DNA from: Eledone cirrhosa
Lineage: Eukaryota
NCBI GenBank assembly: GCA_964016885.1
Contig: OZ024740.1
Location: 280,674,001 to 280,738,000, forward strand
DNA: 64,000 bases
Direction: 5' to 3'
Part shown: positions 56,771 through 64,000 of the stretch, piece by piece
Position numbering within the stretch: position 1 is the stretch's first letter
Layout: every line of letters begins with the position of its first letter
Position numbers and translations under genes: made by a program
Notes under the pieces: model-generated
Seen by the model: only the letters and a program-made list of their open reading frames with translations
Told to the model about the DNA's origin: nothing
The model's database searches: none

Positions 56771-59147
56771 CTGAAAAACATACCTATACCTACAAATAAG
56801 GACTATACACTGGGCATGATACAACGGACTAATGATTTCATCCGTAGGGTCCGATGGAAGTCTTACCATTTCGACAAATGACCAGCTATTCACGCAAGAG
56901 AATTTTCTAAAGAGAATTACGGATTTAAATCCTGCAAAAACCCTCGAAACCACCCCACACTCGATGCCTTCGAGCTGGACCTTATGAATATGATAAGTGG
57001 AACTAAGTTAAAAAAAAGATCACATCACAACAAATTACAAAATGACATCAATACACTACTAAAAAAACTAAAAGACACTAACGGTATCATAGTAAAGGCA
57101 GACAAAACATCAAACGTATACTCTATGGACCTTAACACATACAATAATTTTATTCAGCGTGAACTACATAAAAAATACAAAAAAAACAAATGAATCCACA
57201 CTCACCAGCATTAACGTGGAGGGCCTTAGGATAGTAAATAAACTCGGAATACCTGATAGGACCGAGCCTCTAACCCCATGCAACCCCACATTTAACCTGA
57301 AGGATCACAAAAATAATTTTGAAACAAACCCTACTATTAGATTAATATGCCCATCTAAGTCAGATATAGGTAAAATTAGCAAGAACATTCTAGATAGGGT
57401 AATCGCACAAATAAAGGGTAAACTAGAAATCAATTTATGGGGTAATACTAACGAGGCGATTGAATGGTTCAATAAAATACGAAATAGGGAGACATGTAAC
57501 TTCATACAATTTGATATAAACAACTACTATGCATCCATATCCCCAACCACCTTAGAGAAAGCGCTTATATTTGCCCAAAATAATTCCGATCTTACCCCTG
57601 AGGAAATTGAAATAATAATAGCGGCTAGAAGGACTATCATAAAATTTAAAAATAGCTACTGGGTAAGAAGATATAGGATAAACAGCTTCGATATCACAAT
57701 GGGATCAAATGACTATGCGCAAATCACTGACATCGTAGGGCTATTTATAGCACACAACCTACATAAGGAATTCAGTAACCTCCAAGGAGGGATTTATGAA
57801 GACGACACGCTCCTTATAGCTAGCAACTTAAACAACCAGAGCATGGAAAGATTAAGAAAACACATTAGAACATTCTTCAAAAAACTAGGCCTAAGTAATA
57901 CCTAGGAACTGAACCATAAGAAGGTAAACTTTCTAGATGTGACTCTAAATCTAAATACGGGATTAATAGAACCTTTCCACAAAAATAATGAAAATCTGGC
58001 CTACATTAGTTATAACTCAAACCACCCCAAATCCATAATCAGATCCATAGCACGTAGTATATCCCTTAGAATATCACGCTTATCCTCAAACCTTAAAATG
58101 GTTAATGAACATGCTAACTTTTATAACGCAGCATTACATAGGGCTGGACATAAAGATAAACTGCATTATATAGCGAATAAAGACAACTTAAACAAACCTA
58201 ATAGCAATTACACCAACCGCTCACACAAAAATAGAGGTAACACGACTAGACATAGAGTTAGGCAGGTAGAACCTAGAGTAAGCGGTCTAAACACCAATAA
58301 TGTAAACCCTAGAAACAATAGAAGAATCAGAGAAAGAAAATACCTATGGTTCAACCCAATCTTCAACTCCTCTGTAAAAACCAGACTGCCTTCTACATTC
58401 TTTAAACTAATAGATAAACACTTCCCTATTTCACACAGATATCATAAAATACTCAATAGAAACACTATAAAACTCTCATACTCTACGGCAGCAAATATAG
58501 AATCGCACATACACAAGATCAACCACAGAAATATCTCTAGGGAATCCGGCCCACCTATGCGCAACATAACACCAAATTATAAGCATAAACACATCACAGT
58601 ATCACAACCGCAAGCGCATACAAGCACGCAGCAGCAAAACCCCAACGGGCATGAATCACAACCCACTTATAGCAGTGTACAAAACAGCAGTGTAGAAGCT
58701 GCACGAAATAACACCTCAAACTGTAACTGCCACCTACCGGATAGGTGCCCATTGGCGAATAGATGCCTCGATTCGAGCCTAGTGTACATGTGTACGGTCA
58801 ACTCAGACAACTCCACTTGGCATTACATTGGATCCACCGCGAGTACTTTTAAAAACAGATGGTATGTGCACAAACACTCGATGAAAATTCGTGCACTTAT
58901 GGGTTCTACAACCCTCGCCAAAAAAATCTGGGAACTTAAGGACAACAACACCAACTACAGTATCAACTGGTCTAGGTTGTCGGCCGCAAAGACCTACAGT
59001 ACCGGTATGTCCCACTGTAGGCTATGTGATCTAGAATTACTGTATATCCTTAGAAATGTAAAAAGGCTACTTAACAACAAGTTAGAAAGATCTATCTTCT
59101 GCAGACACAGGATCACCACTAAATTCACAAGATTTAAACCTCCGTGA
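56771..59147 (+). pseudogene. Disrupted PLE RT + GIY-YIG endonuclease ORF
   Basis: LKNIPIP..RVRWK, ADKT.N.Y, LKDHK, RLICP, FDI..YY.SI, MGS, YEDD, FLDV, SNHP, CNC..CP...C, VY..YIG, CRLC..E, CRH; disrupted by TGA 56879, a frameshift in the A-run near 57180 and TAG 57903. Confidence 0.88.
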
Positions 59148-59907
59148 ATCGAACCGACGTAACTTAGCTTTCAACTTAGGATACCCACTACACTGCACGA
59201 AGCACCACAGAAATATAATCATTAAGTACATTCTAGCCTTCTTAGTTCTATACCACACTAATGTCTGTAAGTACCTCATCAACCCATAAACATATCTCTT
59301 CTCAGCTGCTGTCAGCGCATGAACCTAAATCCAAGAACATTTCAAAATACTACTACACCAGAACTTTACCTTCCTCCTGTTATAATTATAGTCAGCATGT
59401 TTTCTCTTTATATGTATGTATATATGTGTATGTATATATATATATATATATATGTTTGTGTGCATGTATGTATATATATATATTGCCTCCTTAATTTGCC
59501 CATTATATTGCTACTCTGTTAATGTTGTTTTATACATGTATGTTATTGATGATGAGAAAGCTAGACAACCCTTTCATCTAATATAGACCACACAAATAGT
59601 ACTATCCTCACTACAGTGATAAATATATCATCTTACAGCCACCAGGCCTACATTGTTTAAAGCCAGCGGCTTATCTTTACACTAGATATAATACACCCCA
59701 TGACAGCCTTTACATGTCAATTTTATACATCTGCTTCATGTCAGTTAGTTTTACACGCTAAAATCGTAGATATACTATACTTCCCACCTAGATTGATGTG
59801 ATTATTTCAAATAATTTATTGCTAGCATTGTTAGTATTGTTGTTATTGTTCTGATTGGATGCCATTACTACTATATATAGTAGCCATGCCTGTATATTCT
59901 TTTCATT

Positions 59908-60026
59908 CTCACAAGCTCCGATGAATTGACTGGTTATAACTTTGTATTGGTGATCGAATAACGTGAAAATAAGCGGGTAGCGATCTCTAGACCTACCAGT
60001 TCAGAGAAACAATTGTCAGCAATGAG
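59908..60026 (+). ncRNA. pLTR hammerhead variant (CCGAUGA, ~80-nt stem II domain); antisense copy at 56240-56358
   Basis: CTCA.CAA.GCT-CCGATGA-ATTGACTGGT...ACCAGTTCAGA-GAAAC-AATT-GT-C-AGC.AA.TGAG. Confidence 0.65.
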
Positions 60027-60246
60027 ATTAAAAACCTTTTTTGTATAGCAAACCGTGTCACTCTTCTTTCCTGATTTATCATTACTCCAAGTGTTTACAA
60101 CATAGGAATTACAGCGTACTCGCAGCATCACTATGGAAACGCCTTGTTGAGTCAAACTTAGCCAAACGTTGATATCATCCACTACGCGGAGTACCATAAC
60201 TGGACTACACTTAAGTGGACTACCTATAACAATAATTTGTTACCCC

Positions 60247-60296
<50 letters not shown>

Positions 60297-61178
60297 TATA
60301 CACAGACACTCAGAATCAAGATGGCAGTTATAACTTTTCATGTTTAATTACGCTCTTGCTTTAGACTGATTTGGTAACATGCAAATGTTTCTCTTCGTTA
60401 ATCACTACCAATGTAAGCACAATGAATTGAAGAATTATAGACAAGTAATTGAATTGAAACCAAGTTTAAGATGAATCAATTGAAAACCATTAAAACGATA
60501 CCTTTCATGCTAATATAGAATTCATATAGGAACAAACTGTTAAACATTTCTTACTCTTGGTAAATCGTAGAGGCAATTCAAATATTTGAAGCATTGTATA
60601 ACGAAACTAATATATATTTAAAATCATTATATTTCATATGAAGATTAAGTATATTATATGCGAATACTTGCAACGATACACGCATATCATTCCATACAAA
60701 AGTTTTCTCCTTTGAAAAGTTTGTTAGTATACACACACACACACACATACACATACATACATACATAAATACATATGTACATGATGATGGATGCAATTCG
60801 ATTTCGAGTAATGCCATCGTTTGATACTTAAACATGAGCATCACGGGCGTGTATTTTATTCCTGCTAGGGACTTGCCTATAGTCAGCCATGCCTTGCATA
60901 ACAAAAAATGCCACATATCAAGCGGTGCCTGTGCTTGAAGCTTTTATAAATGAGGAAAGGGTTTGCGCGAGACCAATCTCACTCTCTGAACATCGAATGC
61001 ATTTACCCAAAAAGTAGAATTGATCTACATCATTGGATACAAACGAAGTCGCAGGTCTTATATCAGAGTGAGCTTCTCCTAGAGAGATGTCTTCATGAAG
61101 ACTAGGAGACTCCCGCGCCACAAAAAAAGAAAAAATACATACATACACATAGATAGAGGCATGCATGCACACACACAC

Positions 61179-61238
<60 letters not shown>

Positions 61239-61429
61239 GCACACATTCATACACACACACACACGCACATACACATATATATATAAAGCAGCGATTCTTT
61301 GCTTAAACTTTAATTTGTTCTTATAATATATATATATCTGACTCTTTTCCTATAACCCACTCTACTACCCTAAGTAGCGAGTACTCTGGTGCGTTATGGT
61401 CCACCTGGTTCCTTACCACACTTCCTTTG

Positions 61430-61513
<84 letters not shown>

Positions 61514-61576
61514 TAAGACTATATTATCTACTGTATTTGGTGTATATATTTATATGAATATCTTTGCATTTTCTAG

Positions 61577-62140
61577 GATGTTCGGGAAAGGCAGCTAGCA
61601 TTGTGTTTGTCTTAGATTCTTCAAGTAGTGTTTGGATAGAAGACTACCGAAGACAATTAAAATTTGTCACCAAACTAGTGGACAGCTTTGATATTAACCC
61701 AAAGGGAACTAGTGTTCAAGTTGGAGTAATAACGTTTAGTAGCAGATCGAATTTAGATATCTCCTTAAACAAATTTACTACGAAAGAATATCTCAAAGCT
61801 GCCATTTTGACTATTCCTTACCGAAGTGGAACAACAAATACCGCGAAGGCATTAATTTTACTGAGAAAAGAAATGCAATCTGTGCTCGCAAAACGTCCCG
61901 GTCCTTTCATTGCTATTATTGTCACAGATGGCCATTCCCGGCAACCTAATGCAACAGCAAAAGAAGCCAAACAACTTCATCAACTGGGAATCAATGTTTA
62001 TGCTATAGGTGTTGGTAATAAGTACAGTCTTGCAGAATTGAAAGTGCTTGCCAGTGATCCCGAAGAAAACGTCTACCAAGTCACTGACTATCACGCGTTA
62101 GAAACGCTCTCTCAACGACTCGACATAAAGACATGCAATG
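61577..62140 (+). CDS. VWA gene 2 exon 3: VWA domain (downstream exons not identified in the window)
   Basis: CSGKAASIVFVLDSSSSVW, GTTNTAKAL, IVTDGHS, VYAIGVG, KTC; same 564-nt length and phases as gene 1 exon 3. Confidence 0.95.
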
Positions 62141-62579
62141 GTAAAGTTAATGACATTACTGTTTTTACTATATTTTAAAAAAATGTTTCCATCTTACTTG
62201 AAATTCATTTTGCTGCAGATTTACAATCATTACTCAATAGTTTAAACTAGTCAAGTAGTTTGTATCATCAGTGTCTGTTATAAGTGAAATACATATACAT
62301 TTTGATTACTTTCTTATCTATCTTAAGGAAATCTACATTTTTATATAGTCGAGCTATGGATTCGGACATTCGAATAGTTATCAAATATATACACACGAAT
62401 ATTGACAAACTTGTGAATATACGTATAAAATATTTCCATAATGCAACTCCAGTTAATATTTTAAAACTATTTTGAAAATAGCATAATTAAAACCATCTTT
62501 AACTTTATATTAAGCTGATACTAACACACTATATTAAATGTTGATATCGTTTTGTCAGTAACATGAGAGATTAGTGTAT

Positions 62580-62787
62580 ACGAGAGTCAGCTAAAACGTT
62601 CATACTCTGAAACGTTTAAGGCTGACCAAGATAGAATGATCAAATAGGGTTTATTTGTCAACATAGTCCCTGGAAGGAAATAGTGCAGTTATTAATAAGA
62701 AGGGTTGAAATTAATGCATGCAAAGATTTCACAACCTTAACATCACTCCTTCATAGTCACCATATGAACTTTTCAGCCCACCGTCAT
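62580..62787. mobile_element. Mariner-like MITE (family of 10900-11040)
   Basis: TA-CGAGAGTCAGCTAAAACGTTCATA ... TATGAACTTTTCAGCCCACCGTCA-TA. Confidence 0.55.
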
Positions 62788-64000
62788 ATTTTTCGTATAT
62801 AATAAAGGGATAAACGGAGAAGTACATCAGTTGCAGAGGCTAAATAACAGAGGAATAGTTCAGAATCTCTGACGTAGAGGGTTCCTTGCTGGTTGGAAAC
62901 CTATATATTAAGACATAGATCAGCCCTAGGTCAGCCCTAGGTCACGCCTACGTCAGCCCTAAGTCAGGCATAAGTCATAGGCCGTAATTGAGCAGAATAT
63001 TCTGAAAGCATTCAAAGTTGTGAACGGCTCTATTTGTTGATCTTAATCGTAGTAGTTCAGAAGCTACCATAGACTCAAGGGTAAAAACAGAGTATTGTAT
63101 AATTAGATGTATTCATGTTCTTTCAACATAGCAATGTTGTTTCAGCAAACTATATTAGCTACGCTTCATCAGAGAAGAAATTATTTAGTCGTTGAAAGTG
63201 CGGGCGGCGAATTGTCAGAGTCGTTAGAACGTCGGATAAAATGCTTTTTAGTATTCATTTCGATTCTCTGAGTTAAAATTCCGCCGAGGTCAATTTTTCC
63301 TTTCATCCATTCTATGTCGATAAAAATTACCAGTTGAGTACTGGAGTGGATGCTTCCTCTATATCTCTATCTCACTTCTTTCCTCTCACTCTCTATCCTT
63401 CTCTGAAAGAAATCTACTGTATTCAGGCCTGGAGAGGGGATGAGCCCCACCAGGTTTTAAAAATGCCCTAGAAATGCCGTATGTCAATACGGCGCCCTTA
63501 CGACTCCTCAGGAGTTACGGGTCCATAACATACTATACCAGTGCAATATATATATGTGTTTTTGTTTAATGCAATCACATACTTGATAGTCCTACACTCA
63601 TTCAATCTCCTGTGATAACACAGCTTTGAACTTATCACTCGTAGTCCATGTTTAAGAACAATTAGCAGTGTTTCTCTGGCAGGTCTTGTATATTTCGGAT
63701 AGTCATTGCTGGTGGGTCATGAGTTCATTATCTAATGGTAATATAATATTGTCTATTGTTTTTCTGTAGTATGTCAATATCGTTTGGGAGGTTAGTATTC
63801 TGTTTTAGCTGTGTATTATTATTTCGATCGATTTCTGTTGCTTCTAAGTGTTGGCGAATAGTAATTGTAGCAGCATATTGTAAAACATTCAACGTCTAAA
63901 CTTGGGAGCTTCAATTTGTGTTAGGTGTTCTTAGAAAATTGATTGAGCACGGATAATATCAAGTCAGGAGGTTTGTGACACAATCGTTTGTTAATTTAGT

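Larger units (their letters stand above)
56187..60248 (+). mobile_element. Near-complete Penelope-like element (Naiad-like) with inverted 5' pLTR, in gene 2 intron 2
   Basis: Inverted repeats 56187-56768 and 59491-60076; (TA)n on both sides; coding region 56771-59147. Confidence 0.92.

Noticed and set aside
56879-56881. In-frame TGA in the Naiad-like ORF as possible selenocysteine
   Set aside because: Lies in a variable linker, is explicable as CGA-to-TGA decay, the copy has other lesions, and I recognised no SECIS; a SECIS search of intact copies would settle it
60365-60412. Candidate exon with good splice signals upstream of the gene 2 VWA exon
   Set aside because: Gives a stop or frameshift when joined to the VWA exon; 55072-55096 fits instead
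63600-64000. Possible degraded PLE endonuclease tail on the minus strand (IRQHLEATEI); similar weak hints at 32400-32760 and 50000-50700
   Set aside because: Too decayed to call by eye

Overview
AT-rich, repeat-dense animal genomic DNA. The many (TA)n microsatellites, Deu/Nin-domain and Meta-domain tRNA-SINEs and Penelope-like elements (PLEs) fit an octopod cephalopod genome (inference). It holds two same-strand paralogous spliced genes for secreted VWA-domain proteins. Gene 1 is complete: 6 coding exons at 2667-10791, about 473 aa, encoding signal peptide, MIDAS VWA, Thr-rich linker and a divergent C-terminal domain. Gene 2 shows its first 3 coding exons at 44060-62140 and probably continues past the window. 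The rest is mostly decayed retroelements: a near full-length Tx1/L1-like LINE, a CRE-like element, R4- and RTE-like remnants, several PLE remnants and one near-complete PLE at 56187-60248. There are also more than 20 SINEs, mariner-like MITEs and a non-autonomous Helitron. The main hidden signal is a hammerhead ribozyme (HHR) system: I count 17 type I HHR motifs with plausibly intact cores and palindromic or near-palindromic stem III. They include two young non-coding tandem arrays (466-bp and 591-bp units) inserted in (TA)n with an inverted 5' part, which look like retrozymes. Non-canonical cores occur (U3-A8; C4 with a long stem II insert). A Naiad-like PLE with the same architecture is a candidate mobiliser. 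All structures were read by eye; catalysis and expression are untested.
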